NCBI GenBank assembly: GCA_963725255.1
Contig: CAVRXV010000012.1
Span: 14,301 to 78,300, forward strand
Origin: an uncultured Gammaproteobacteria bacterium
GTDB taxonomy: Bacteria; Pseudomonadota; Gammaproteobacteria; JAIEPX01
Direction of reading: 5' to 3'
Length of the DNA stretch: 64,000 nt
Shown: positions 8,313 to 18,217 of the stretch, in pieces
How the letters are laid out: every line of letters begins with the position of its first letter
How positions within the stretch are numbered: position 1 is the stretch's first letter
Made by a program: the position numbers and the translations under genes
The notes under the pieces: generated by a model
What the model saw: the letters and a program-made list of their open reading frames with translations, nothing else
What the model was told of the DNA's origin: nothing
The model's database searches: none

Positions 8313-10979
8313 ATGACTGATTCACCCATGATGGTTGATAATGATCCCTTAGAAACGCAAGATTGGCTTGAAGCATTGGCGTCCGTGATGAGAGTGGAAG
8401 GCGCTGAACGTGCGCGCTTCTTAGTGAGTTTATTGGCCTCACAAGTGAATTTAACAGCAGGACAAGGCGCTATTAATACGCCTTATGTGAACTCAATCAG
8501 AGTGTCAGATGAAGTGAAACTGCCTGATGATGGGGTGTTAGCTGAGCGTCTACAAGCACTGATTCGCTGGAATGCAAAAGCCATAGTACTTCGTGGAGGT
8601 AAGCGAGCTTCTGAGCTGGGTGGTCATATCGCAACGTATGCCTCTGCATCAACCTTATATGAAGTGGGTTTCAATCATTTTTTCCGTGGTCGGCAGTCTG
8701 ATTTTTTAGGCGATCTACTGTTTATTCAAGGTCATTCTTCTCCTGGTATTTATGCGCGTGCCTATTTAGAAGGTCGTATTAGTGCTGAACAATTAGATCA
8801 GTTTCGACAAGAAGTTGCAGGGAAAGGTCTTTCGTCTTATCCCCATCCCTGGTTGATGCCGAATTTTTGGCAATTTCCTACAGTTTCTATGGGACTCGGC
8901 CCACTTCAGGCAATTTATCAAGCGCGTTTTTTAAATTATCTTAGGCAATCGTGGTTTGGTAGACAATAAAAATCGTCAATGTATGGGTTTTTTGCGGCGA
9001 TGGTGAAATGGATGAGCCGGAATCAATGGGTGCATTATCCATTGCTGCGCGTGAAAAATTAGATAATCTTATTTTTGTCATTAATTGTAATTTGCAACGT
9101 CTTGATGGTCCTGTGCGAGGCAATGGCAAAATAATTCAAGAATTTGAAGGTGTTTTTCGCGGTGCGGGTTGGAATGTCATTAAAGTGATTTGGGGAAGTC
9201 GTTGGGATGCATTATTTGCCAAAGATACTCAAGGTATATTAGAGCAACGCATGGAGAATGTGTCGATGGTGAATATCAAAATTATAAAGCTAAAGATGGT
9301 GCTTATTTCCGCGAACATTTTTTTGGCAAATACTCCAGAATTAAAAGCGATGGTTGCCGATATGACGGATGAAGAGATATGGCATTTAAATCGCGGTGGT
9401 CATGATTCTACAAAAAGTATATGCCGCTTATCATGCGGCAGTGACTCATCAAGGCAAGCCACTGTTATTTTAGCCAAAACTGTTAAAGGTTATGGTATGG
9501 GAGCCGCCGGTGAAGGATTAAATATAACTCATCAACAAAAAAAAATGACGACAGAAGATTTAATAGCATTTCCGCGATCGATTTAAAATTCCCATTATCA
9601 GAAGAAGAAGTCGCTAAATTATCCTTTTATCGACCGCATGATGATGCGCCAGAAATGCAATATTTACAACAACGTCGAAAAGAATTGGGTGGATATTTAC
9701 CGCTCGATCTACAAGAATGTCCAAATCATTAGAAGTGCCTGCACTTGAAAAGCTTTTAAGCTTTATTAAAAGTCAGGGGATCGTGAAATTTCAACGACGA
9801 TGGCATTTGTGCGTATTTTGAGTATGTTACTTAAAGAAAAAAATATTGGACAACATATTGTGCCTATTGTTCCTGATGAATCTCGCACTTTTGGTATGGA
9901 AGGATTATTTCGACAAATTGGAATTTATTCTCCGAGTAGGTCAATTATATGAACCCGTTGATACAGATCAAGTGATGTATTATCGAGAAGAAAAAAGACG
10001 GGCAATATTTGCAAGAAGGTATTAGTGAAGCAGGAGCGATGTGCACATGGATGGCTGCTGCGACTTCGTATAGTACCAATAATGTTCCCGATGATTCCTT
10101 TTTATATTTATTATTCCATGTTTGGTTTTCAGCGGGTTGGTGGATTTAGCTTGGGCCGCTGGCGATATGCGTGCTCGAGGATTTTTGATGGGAGCAACCG
10201 CTGGTCGCACAACATTAGCAGGAGAAGGTTTGCAACATCAAGATGGTCATAGTCATGTGATGTCTGCGACTATTCCGAATTGTGTTAGCTTATGATCCGA
10301 CGTATGCCTATGAATTAGCCGTTATTATTCATGATGGAATGCGACGAATGGTCATGAACAAGAAGATGTTTTTTACTACATCACTGTAATGAATGAAAAT
10401 TATGCGCATCCTGCTATGCCAGCAGGAGTTGAAGAAGACATTATCAAAGGTCTGTATTTATTACGTGCGGCGAGTGGAAATAAATCTCATCAAGTGAATT
10501 TATTATCGTGTGGCGCGATTTTGCGTGAGGCAGAAGAAGCTGCAAAATTACTCAGTGAAGAAAATATTGACGCGAATGTATGGAGTGTCACCAGTTTTAC
10601 AGAACTTGCGCGAGAAGCATTGCATCATGAACGTGAAAATCGACTGCATCCTGAAAAAGAACCAGCTTTAAGTTTTGTAACAAAAACATTGATGGCTCAT
10701 CCTGGACCCGTAATAGCTGCTACAGATTATGTGCGTAGTTTTGTAGATCAAATTCGTGCATTTGTGCCATTTGATTATACGGTATTGGGTACCGATGGTT
10801 ATGGTCGAAGTGATACACGTGTCAATCTCCGTCATTTCTTTGAAGTCGATGCAAAAGCGATCGCGGCAACAGCAATGAGCGCGTTATGTCGCGAAGGTAA
10901 AATTGATGTTGCCACAGTGCAGCGTGCGATGACGAAGTGGGGTGTTGATCCCGCCAAACAGAATCCAGTAACAATGTAA
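8313..10979 (+). pseudogene. aceE: pyruvate dehydrogenase E1 component, multiply frame-disrupted
   Basis: AceE-like peptides are spread over all three + frames, for example [40 protein letters not shown] and [18 protein letters not shown]. By hand count there are about 16 frame changes between ~8935 and ~10350. Confidence 0.9.
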
Positions 10980-11001
10980 TCGGAAGGGTGGAGTAAGCTT
11001 A

Positions 11002-12546
11002 ATGATAAAGGAAATAACCATACCCGATATTGGTGGCGCAACAAATGTTGACGTCATTGAAGTTTCTGTGAAACCGGGTGATGTTGTCGCGAAAGAAGAT
11101 GCATTAATTACGCTTGAAGGTGATAAAGCCACGATGGAAATTCCATCGCCTTTTGCTGGAAAAATTGTCAGTGTGCAAGTGAAGGTGGGTGACAAACTCA
11201 GTGAAGGAAATTTAGTTGCAACAATTGAAGTAAGCGAAACGGAATCAACTGTATCAAATGAATCAGAAGAAAAAAAAGCATCTCCGCAAACAGTAGTAGT
11301 CCCTGATATTGGTGGTGCATCGAATGTCAATGTGATTCAAATTCATGTCGCTGTAGGCAGTGAAGTAATAAAAGAAGACCCTTTAATTACTTTGGAAGGT
11401 GAAAAAGCGACGATGGATATTCCCTCGCCTTTTTCAGGAAAAGTGACTGAAATTTTGGTGAATGTTGGAGCGAAAGTTTCAGAAGGTGATCCTATTGCAG
11501 TTGTTTTGGCTGTATCTGAAGGAGCACCTGCTAAAAAAGAATCAGTTGTTCAGAGTTCAGCACAGCAATCTTCTGAAAATATTCCTAAATCGGCACCCGC
11601 CATTTCTCCAATCCCGGTTTCTGCTCGAGGCATTTTGCCTGTTACACCACCCGGTGCTAATGTTCATGCAAGTCCTAGTGTTCGAAGGATCGCTCGCGAA
11701 TTTGGTGTAGATTTACGTTTAGTAAAAGGATCTGGTGCAAAATCACGTATTCTTAAAGAAGATGTGCAAGCCTTTGTGCGAGGTGAATTGGCAAAACCAC
11801 GTGGTGGCATTGGACTCGATTTAATTCCTGCACAAAAAGTGGATTTTGCAAAATTTGGTGCGATAGAAATTCAGCCACTGAATAAGATTAAAAAATTAAC
11901 GGGCGCAAATGTACATCGATCTTGGGTAACTATTCCGCACGTGACACAATTTGGTGAAGCCGACATTACGGCATTAGAAAAATTGCGAAAAGAACAAGCA
12001 GCAAAAGCTACTGAAAAAGGCGTAAAATTAACGCCGCTTGTTTATGTTATGAAAGCGGTAGTCGCAAGTTTAAAAGCGTATCCGACTTTTAACAGTTCAC
12101 TTGATGAGTCGGGTGAAAACTTAGTGATGAAAAAATATTTTCATTTGGGAATTGCCGTCGATACACCTAATGGATTAGTCGTTCCAGTGATTCGTGATGT
12201 TGATCAAAAAGATGTTTTTACTTTAGCGGATGAACTCGCAAAAATCAGTGCAAAAGCGAGAGAAAAAGGATTAACGCCTGTGGAAATGGCAGGAAGTTGT
12301 TTTACGATTTCAAGTTTAGGTGGCATCGGAGGTACTGCATTTACGCCAATAGTAAAAGCACCTGATGTTGCAATTTTAGGAGTTTCACGTTCGTCGATGA
12401 AGCCCGTTTATGAAAATGGTGAATTTGTGCCTCGTCTGATGTTGCCATTATCTTTATCTTATGATCATCGTGTCATTGATGGTGCTGATGGAGCGCGATT
12501 TATGGTTGATGTAGTGAATCGTTTGTCTGAACAAAATTGGGAGTAA
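11002..12546 (+). CDS. aceF: dihydrolipoamide acetyltransferase (PDH E2), two lipoyl domains
   Basis: Two copies of [13 protein letters not shown] / [13 protein letters not shown], a PSBD segment, and the catalytic DHRVIDGA motif. Confidence 0.95.
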   Translation: MIKEITIPDIGGATNVDVIEVSVKPGDVVAKEDALITLEGDKATMEIPSPFAGKIVSVQVKVGDKLSEGNLVATIEVSETESTVSNESEEKKASPQTVVVPDIGGASNVNVIQIHVAVGSEVIKEDPLITLEGEKATMDIPSPFSGKVTEILVNVGAKVSEGDPIAVVLAVSEGAPAKKESVVQSSAQQSSENIPKSAPAISPIPVSARGILPVTPPGANVHASPSVRRIAREFGVDLRLVKGSGAKSRILKEDVQAFVRGELAKPRGGIGLDLIPAQKVDFAKFGAIEIQPLNKIKKLTGANVHRSWVTIPHVTQFGEADITALEKLRKEQAAKATEKGVKLTPLVYVMKAVVASLKAYPTFNSSLDESGENLVMKKYFHLGIAVDTPNGLVVPVIRDVDQKDVFTLADELAKISAKAREKGLTPVEMAGSCFTISSLGGIGGTAFTPIVKAPDVAILGVSRSSMKPVYENGEFVPRLMLPLSLSYDHRVIDGADGARFMVDVVNRLSEQNWE

Positions 12547-12550
12547 AAAC

Positions 12551-13975
12551 ATGCCTGCAAGTAACACAATAAATGCTGATCTCGTTGTATTAGGTGCTGG
12601 ACCGGGAGGTTATTCAGCTGCCTATCGTGCTGCAGATTTATTTAAAGAAGAAAAATCTGGAAAAACTGTTGTCATGATCGATGATGGTGAAGCATTAGGT
12701 GGTGTTTGTTTAAATGTTGGTTGTATACCTTCGAAAGCCTATCTGCATATCGCAAAAGTATTAACAGAAACGCAAGAAATGGCTGCGCATGGAATTGATT
12801 TTGGTAGGCCAAAAATTGATGCTGACAAATTAAGAGCCTGGAAAAACAGTGTTGTTAAGCGATTAACCGGCGGACTTGATATGCTCGCTAAAAAACGAAA
12901 AGTCACTGTTGTTCAAGGGACGGGTAAATTTATTAGTCCCACTGAAATTGAAGTAGTTAAAGGTTCAGAAAAATCAATTGTAAAATTTTCACAATGCATT
13001 ATTGCAGCAGGTTCACGACCCATTAATTTACCCTTTATGCCCCAAGATCAGCGAATTATTGATTCTACTGGTGCGCTTGAATTACCTGAATTGAATTGCA
13101 AGTTATTAGTTTTGGGTGGTGGAATTATCGGATTAGAAATGGGTACGGTGTATGAGGCATTGGGTGCGGAAGTTCATGTCGTTGAATTCATGGATCAATT
13201 AATGCCCGGTGCAGATAAAGATCTTGTTGCTCCGTTACATAAACGCATGGAAAAACGCTTTAAGAGCATAATGCTCGAAACCAAAGTAACTGCAGTTGAA
13301 GCCAAAAAAGACGGATTGTATGTCACATTTGAAGGTAAAAATGCACCGTCTGGTCCACAAAAATTTGATTATATTTTACAATCTGTTGGGCGTCGTCCTA
13401 ATAGTGATCAATTATCATTGGAAAAAGCAGGTGTTTCTGTTGATCAGCGAGGATTTATCACGGTCGATAATCAGCAACGTACTAATGTTGCCAATATTTT
13501 TGCCATCGGTGATATCGTCGGCAATCCTATGCTTGCACATAAAGCAGTGCCCGAAGGACATCTTGCTGCTGAAGTCATTGCCGGCAAAAAACATATTTTC
13601 GATCCAAAATGTATTCCTTCTGTTGCTTACACTGATCCTGAAGTGGCGTGGGCAGGATTAACAGAAACTGAAGCAAAAGCAAAAGGGATTAAATATGGTA
13701 AAGGTGTATTCCCTTGGCTCGCGAATGGTCGTTCACTCAGTATGGGACGTAGCGAAGGACTCACTAAATTATTATTTGATCCAGATACAAAACGTATTTT
13801 GGGTGGTGGAATTACAGGTACCAATGCAGGTGATTTGATTTGTGAAATTGCCCTTGCAATTGAAATGGGTTGTGATGCTGAAGATATTGCGCTCACTATT
13901 CATCCTCATCCAACGCTGGGTGAAACAATAATGTTAGCAGCGGAAGTTTTTGAAGGTACAGTGACCGATTTGTAA
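12551..13975 (+). CDS. lpdA: dihydrolipoyl dehydrogenase (E3)
   Basis: GAGPGGY FAD motif, redox-active GGVCLNVGCIPSK, C-terminal HPHPTLGE. Confidence 0.95.
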   Translation: MPASNTINADLVVLGAGPGGYSAAYRAADLFKEEKSGKTVVMIDDGEALGGVCLNVGCIPSKAYLHIAKVLTETQEMAAHGIDFGRPKIDADKLRAWKNSVVKRLTGGLDMLAKKRKVTVVQGTGKFISPTEIEVVKGSEKSIVKFSQCIIAAGSRPINLPFMPQDQRIIDSTGALELPELNCKLLVLGGGIIGLEMGTVYEALGAEVHVVEFMDQLMPGADKDLVAPLHKRMEKRFKSIMLETKVTAVEAKKDGLYVTFEGKNAPSGPQKFDYILQSVGRRPNSDQLSLEKAGVSVDQRGFITVDNQQRTNVANIFAIGDIVGNPMLAHKAVPEGHLAAEVIAGKKHIFDPKCIPSVAYTDPEVAWAGLTETEAKAKGIKYGKGVFPWLANGRSLSMGRSEGLTKLLFDPDTKRILGGGITGTNAGDLICEIALAIEMGCDAEDIALTIHPHPTLGETIMLAAEVFEGTVTDL

Positions 13976-14212
13976 TGAAAATTTAATTATCATTACAAAT
14001 TAAAGTAACGATGAATGGAAAAGCATCGCTTGCGACCTATTGTGCTAGGGCATACAATTCAAACGCGATTTAGCTAATATCATGCGAACTCAAAAATTCA
14101 GTTTATGTACAAATAAAATACAGATTACTTTCTTGTTAGATCTTGTATACAGTCAAAAAATGTTGATTGAATGGCTCTCCTAAGATATTGCTTTTCTTCT
14201 GGGGATAAACTA

Positions 14213-14228
14213 TAATATGACCATATTA
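14213..14228. promoter_or_regulatory. 7-2-7 perfect palindrome TAATATG-AC-CATATTA overlapping the -10 of the TA operon (likely antitoxin operator)
   Basis: Read directly from the sequence. TATAAT at 14211-14216 and TTGATT at 14163-14168 lie upstream. Confidence 0.55.
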
Positions 14229-14248
14229 GGTGACCACTTTTGGAGATT

Positions 14249-14494
14249 ATGATGTTAAATACAGCCCATGAGATTTCTGCAACGGAATTCAAAGCAACCT
14301 GCTTAAAGGTAATGGATCAAGTGCATGATAAACATATAGAGTATGTTATTACAAAACATGGTAAACCGATTGCTATGATTATACCGGTGCCTGAGAGTGA
14401 AACTGCCGAGATATTTGGTTGTTTGGCAAATACGGCAACCATTCATGGAGATATTATATCTCCAATAAAAGATGAGTGGGAAGCGAATGAATAA
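14249..14494 (+). CDS. Phd/YefM-family antitoxin
   Basis: ORF track (TTG 14240). ATG 14249 lies after GGAG. The ISATEFKATCLKVMDQV...VITKHGKPIAMIIP pattern is present. It overlaps the toxin gene by 8 nt (ATGAATAA). Confidence 0.8.
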   Translation: MMLNTAHEISATEFKATCLKVMDQVHDKHIEYVITKHGKPIAMIIPVPESETAEIFGCLANTATIHGDIISPIKDEWEANE

Positions 14495-14900
14495 TCTTTT
14501 ATTAGATACGCATATTTGGCTATGGTTAGTGCTGGGTGATAAACATTTAAAAAAGTCTGCGATTACATCAATTAAAAAGGCATCTAAAAATCACACAATT
14601 TATGTGTCAGCAATATCGATGTGGGAAATTGCCATGTTGGAACATAACAAACGGATATCACTGGGTTGTCCTATTGATGAATGGCTTCACAGAGCTCTAA
14701 GTGCTCCAGGAATTAGTTTAGCTTCATTGTCTCCTGAGATAGTCATGGATAGTGTAAAAATGCCTGATCATTTTCACAAAGACCCTGCAGATAGAATTAT
14801 TGTTGCAACAGCACGTGTGATGAACTTGACCTTACTTACTCGGGATGAGCGTATTTTAAAGTATAGTAATCAAGGTTATGTTAACACTATTAATGGTTAA
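14487..14900 (+). CDS. vapC: PIN-domain toxin (VapC-like)
   Basis: LLLDTHIWLW ... SAISMWEIAML ... DPADRIIVATA ... LLTRDERI (PIN acidic residues). Confidence 0.85.
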   Translation: MNNLLLDTHIWLWLVLGDKHLKKSAITSIKKASKNHTIYVSAISMWEIAMLEHNKRISLGCPIDEWLHRALSAPGISLASLSPEIVMDSVKMPDHFHKDPADRIIVATARVMNLTLLTRDERILKYSNQGYVNTING

Positions 14901-14918
14901 ATTACTTATTATTATATT

Positions 14919-15740
14919 ATGGTGTGTAAAATGACATTAGATCAAGCGCTAGTACTCAAGCATCAGAAATATGCAAGAAAAACCAATGATCAAGCTGCGA
15001 TCGTGCAGCGTGAAATTTTTAATCGTTTGATTGAACGATTAGAATATATGTTGATTAGGCCTGAAAATGTGCTTAATTTAGGTGCCGCGACAAAATATGG
15101 AGAGGAATTATTGCAACGGCTTTATCCTCAAACTAAAATTATTTCTGTTGATATTCCTTCATATTTTTCTTCTAAAAATAGTGTTTTGCCATTACCAGAT
15201 CATTCTCAGCAGCTCATTGTCTGTAATTTATTATTTCATTGGGTGAATGAACCGCAAAAATTATTGCAAGAAATTGCGCGAGTATTAGATCCTAAAGGTG
15301 TTTTGTTACTGACATCAATGGGTGTTGATACACTAAAAGAATGTAGAGAGGCTTTTTTACAGGTTGATAATTATCCTCATGTCCATGATTTTCCCGATAT
15401 GCACGATGTGGGTGATTTAATGTTACAGACAGGATTTGTGGATCCCGTTGTGGATGTGCAAACACTGACTGTTAATTATAAAAGTGTGCAGCAATTATTT
15501 CAGGATCTGCGTGATACGGGGACAACCAATGCTCATTGTGATCGTCGTCGAGGACTAATGGGAAAAAACCAATGGAATAAAATGCTTGCTGCTTATGAAG
15601 AAATGAAAAATGAAAATGCTTATCCAGGAACCTACGAAATTATTTACGGACATGCATGGGGAGTGCGTATTCAACGGAAACAAAATGGGGAAATTAGTGT
15701 ACCTTTGTCATCAATGGAAAAATTGCTCAATTCAAAGTAG
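14919..15740 (+). CDS. BioC-like class I methyltransferase with a degenerate SAM motif I
   Basis: Colinear with the BioC pattern (VQREI...L, FHWV, VLDPKGVLLLTS, TYEIIYGHAWG). However, motif I reads VLNLGAATKYG instead of the BioC-type motif I (E. coli BioC: VLDAGCGPG). Confidence 0.55.
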   Translation: MVCKMTLDQALVLKHQKYARKTNDQAAIVQREIFNRLIERLEYMLIRPENVLNLGAATKYGEELLQRLYPQTKIISVDIPSYFSSKNSVLPLPDHSQQLIVCNLLFHWVNEPQKLLQEIARVLDPKGVLLLTSMGVDTLKECREAFLQVDNYPHVHDFPDMHDVGDLMLQTGFVDPVVDVQTLTVNYKSVQQLFQDLRDTGTTNAHCDRRRGLMGKNQWNKMLAAYEEMKNENAYPGTYEIIYGHAWGVRIQRKQNGEISVPLSSMEKLLNSK

Positions 15741-15768
15741 AGGAAAGGGGCGGGCTTGCGACTAAAGG

Positions 15769-15793
15769 AAGGTGTCAGACACCTTTATTTCTC
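15769..15793. terminator. hairpin terminator between convergent genes
   Basis: aaggtg (15769-15774) / cacctt (15780-15785), followed by TTTATTTCT. Confidence 0.5.
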
Positions 15794-15864
15794 TGAAATC
15801 ATCAAATGGAGAATTGACCCCCACCTCACATTTTCAAAAGAACTGTACAAATCAGGCTAATGTA

Positions 15865-16833
15865 TTAGCCCGTAATAGATGGCGATGTACAATGTGCAGG
15901 TTCTAAGTCCCATGCTTTTGAAACATCCAAGATCGCTTTTGCGGCTTCTGGATTAGCGTAGGGCGATTTAGTAATATCTGGTATCAAATATCCGCCTATA
16001 GAGGTTAAAACACCAAGACAAAGTCCAACAAGACCCGCACTGTAAACTGCTCCAACAGTGTTTGTTGATAAGGTTACACCAACCATTGTGCACACAGTTA
16101 AACCAAAACTAGGCACTGCAGTACAAACAATGAGTCCGCCTAACAGGGTAAGACCGGCAACTGCTAATAGTGTCCCTAAAACAATAAAGAACGTGCCATT
16201 TATTCCATCATTCTCTAATAATTTTCCTAGTTCTGCGAGTTTAAGAATAATTTCATTTTTTGAAAATGGTTTGGGATCATCAGCTTTATTAGTTCCTAAA
16301 TGCGCATTAAGTGCGCGTGTAACAAGATCCATCACTTCGATTGCAACGAGTGAATTTTTGCGGGTAATGTTATTTGGCATTTTGAGTTTTTGTGATAATT
16401 GACGAAGAGCTCGTAAAAGTTCTTGGTTTGCTGTTTCTAGAGTTGGATTGGGGGATTGTAATTGATGTTCAACGAGTATGTCGCTAACTTTCGATGTGAG
16501 ACCTTCATTAAATTTACTAAATTGATTTTCATCATCTACTAAAGCGTGTTGTTCATTGAATAGCTTTAGTAATGCTTTAGATGCTTTAAATTCGCGATCA
16601 TTTCTTTCCTCTACCGATTCCCACTGGCTTGTGACTGGATTTACTCTGTAAAGACCAGAAGTAAGCGGGGCAGTATTAGGTCCCGTATTATTTTCAGGAG
16701 CTACTTTAGCGACCAAACTTTGAAACGCAGCAAGTTTTTGATCGTACTCTTTTTTTAACTCAGCATTAGATTTTTTACTATCAAAAAAAGCACTCGAATA
16801 TTCTGTTGTTTTAAACATCATTAAAAACCTCAT
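15865..16833 (-). CDS. orphan membrane protein with a C-terminal glycine-rich multi-lobed hydrophobic segment (Inc-like, candidate effector)
   Basis: ORF track. Hydrophobic segment GTFFIVLGTLLAVAGLTLLGGLIVCTAVPSFGLTVCTMVGVTLSTNTVGAVYSAGLVGLCLGVLTSIGGYLI. N-terminal SSAFFDSKK motif. Confidence 0.65.
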   Translation of the reverse strand: MRFLMMFKTTEYSSAFFDSKKSNAELKKEYDQKLAAFQSLVAKVAPENNTGPNTAPLTSGLYRVNPVTSQWESVEERNDREFKASKALLKLFNEQHALVDDENQFSKFNEGLTSKVSDILVEHQLQSPNPTLETANQELLRALRQLSQKLKMPNNITRKNSLVAIEVMDLVTRALNAHLGTNKADDPKPFSKNEIILKLAELGKLLENDGINGTFFIVLGTLLAVAGLTLLGGLIVCTAVPSFGLTVCTMVGVTLSTNTVGAVYSAGLVGLCLGVLTSIGGYLIPDITKSPYANPEAAKAILDVSKAWDLEPAHCTSPSITG

Positions 16834-16875
16834 ATTTTACGTATTACATAGTCTGTATATTTTCTAGTATCATAG

Positions 16876-16915
16876 ATAGTACCTTCTGTTCCTCGCCCAG
16901 TCAAGCAAATTTGCT
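16876..16915 (-). promoter_or_regulatory. sigma70-like promoter plus adjacent 12-nt palindrome AGCAAATTTGCT
   Basis: On the minus strand: TTGACT (16899-16904), 17-nt spacer, TACTAT (16876-16881). Perfect palindrome at 16904-16915. Confidence 0.5.
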
Positions 16916-16972
16916 ATATTTTTGGGGTAAAACCCGCTGAATTTGCCTGTTGGGGCTGAGTGGTCAAGTCTA

Positions 16973-17683
16973 CTAAACTCTTGCTGCGCACCAAATACTG
17001 ACCCTTTCTACCCCATTCGCCTTAAAAAGGTGACTCAGGCCGCCTACTGTCGCTCCTGTGGTCATCACGTCATCAATGATCGCAACATGTTGAGCTTCAA
17101 TCGGTTTGTTGATGCTGAAAGCATCGACGATATTAGACTTTCGAAATTCGGCAGAAGTTTTGCTTTGAGGGGTCGTATAACGGATCCGTTTGCACAGGTT
17201 TATGTTCATCGGTATTTGAGTGAGATTAGAAATATGTTTTGCAATCAAAGTGGCTTGATTATAACCCCGCTGACGTAAACGTTTTGGATGAAGTGGAACA
17301 GGAATCAGCAGTGTCGGTAAGTCATACGAAGAATGCTGAGCAATCACTCGTTCAGCAATTAACTCAGCGAATAAACGTGTGGCAGAAAGATTATTATAGA
17401 ACTTCATTTTTGTAATCAAACTGATAATTTCCCCTTGATATATTAAAGGGGCAAGAGTGGCATTAAAACTCGGATGGCACTTGAGGCATTCTCCACAATA
17501 CAATGGCTCATTGTGTGCAATATCAAGTGGTTTCGCACATTGATAACAACTCGACAATAACCAAGGTAAAGTAGCCCAACACTGCTCACAAATATCTCTT
17601 CCTGTGTCGCTTTTTTTGTTGCACAGCAAACAATGGTTCGGGAATATACTGTTGAATAAAGATTTTAAAATAGGATTTAACAT
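16973..17683 (-). CDS. comF: ComF-family phosphoribosyltransferase-like protein
   Basis: N-terminal Cys clusters (CLLC...CEQC, CYQC...CGEC) and a C-terminal PRT motif VAIIDDVMTTGATV. Start moved to ATG 17683. Confidence 0.8.
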   Translation of the reverse strand: MLNPILKSLFNSIFPNHCLLCNKKSDTGRDICEQCWATLPWLLSSCYQCAKPLDIAHNEPLYCGECLKCHPSFNATLAPLIYQGEIISLITKMKFYNNLSATRLFAELIAERVIAQHSSYDLPTLLIPVPLHPKRLRQRGYNQATLIAKHISNLTQIPMNINLCKRIRYTTPQSKTSAEFRKSNIVDAFSINKPIEAQHVAIIDDVMTTGATVGGLSHLFKANGVERVSIWCAARV

Positions 17684-17732
17684 GGTGCAGTTATAGCAAA
17701 ACTGCACCCGTAAAAAAATACCGTACTATTTC

Positions 17733-18155
17733 TTAAAGATGAAAGCTGCCTAAATCTTCTAATGTCGATACTGATGCAAATGACTCTTGAGAACCTGAAA
17801 GGGCCTGCCTCAGTTTTTTACGTCCTTTATCTTTAGTAGGTTGCTGTTCAGTTTCTGAATTTTCGGCTACCATTGCAGGCTTTACTTCAGCCTTTTCAAC
17901 ATGTTCTGCGTTGTCACGCTTTTTAGAATTGAAGAATGCTGAGCTGTGATTTAACTTAGTTTTATCTGATTTTTTAGTGGCTGGTGGGCTTTCGGGGAGT
18001 GCAAGAACACTCGTCGGGCTATCTGAACGTGTTGATTCTTCGTCAGCCATATAGGGAAAATTATATCCAGAAAAATTTGATTCTGCACTGATGCTCATTT
18101 TTCTCGGTCCTTGTTCCTCATCGCTTAAATATAATTCATCATTCGATTTTTGCAT
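17733..18155 (-). CDS. orphan acidic/Ser-rich 140-aa protein, probably disordered (candidate effector)
   Basis: ORF track. Extended -10 (TGTATAAT) just upstream. Contains SSAFFNSKKRDNAE. Confidence 0.5.
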   Translation of the reverse strand: MQKSNDELYLSDEEQGPRKMSISAESNFSGYNFPYMADEESTRSDSPTSVLALPESPPATKKSDKTKLNHSSAFFNSKKRDNAEHVEKAEVKPAMVAENSETEQQPTKDKGRKKLRQALSGSQESFASVSTLEDLGSFHL

Positions 18156-18217
18156 AAATACCTCTCGCTGCTCATGTATAAAAGATAATATTATACAAGC
18201 TGATTCTTAAGATATCC

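Noticed and set aside
10884-11330. 148-aa minus-strand ORF. Many similar antisense ORFs appear in the track, for example 18225-18677, 50717-51202, 54857-55153 and 32458-32766.
   Set aside because: Each lies wholly inside a well-supported conserved gene on the other strand and has no recognisable product or start signals.
16771-16797. Reading SSAFFDSKK as a FFAT (EFFDAxE) VAP-binding motif
   Set aside because: The flanks are basic (SKK) rather than acidic, and positions 1, 5 and 7 do not fit, so I report it only as an unexplained shared motif.
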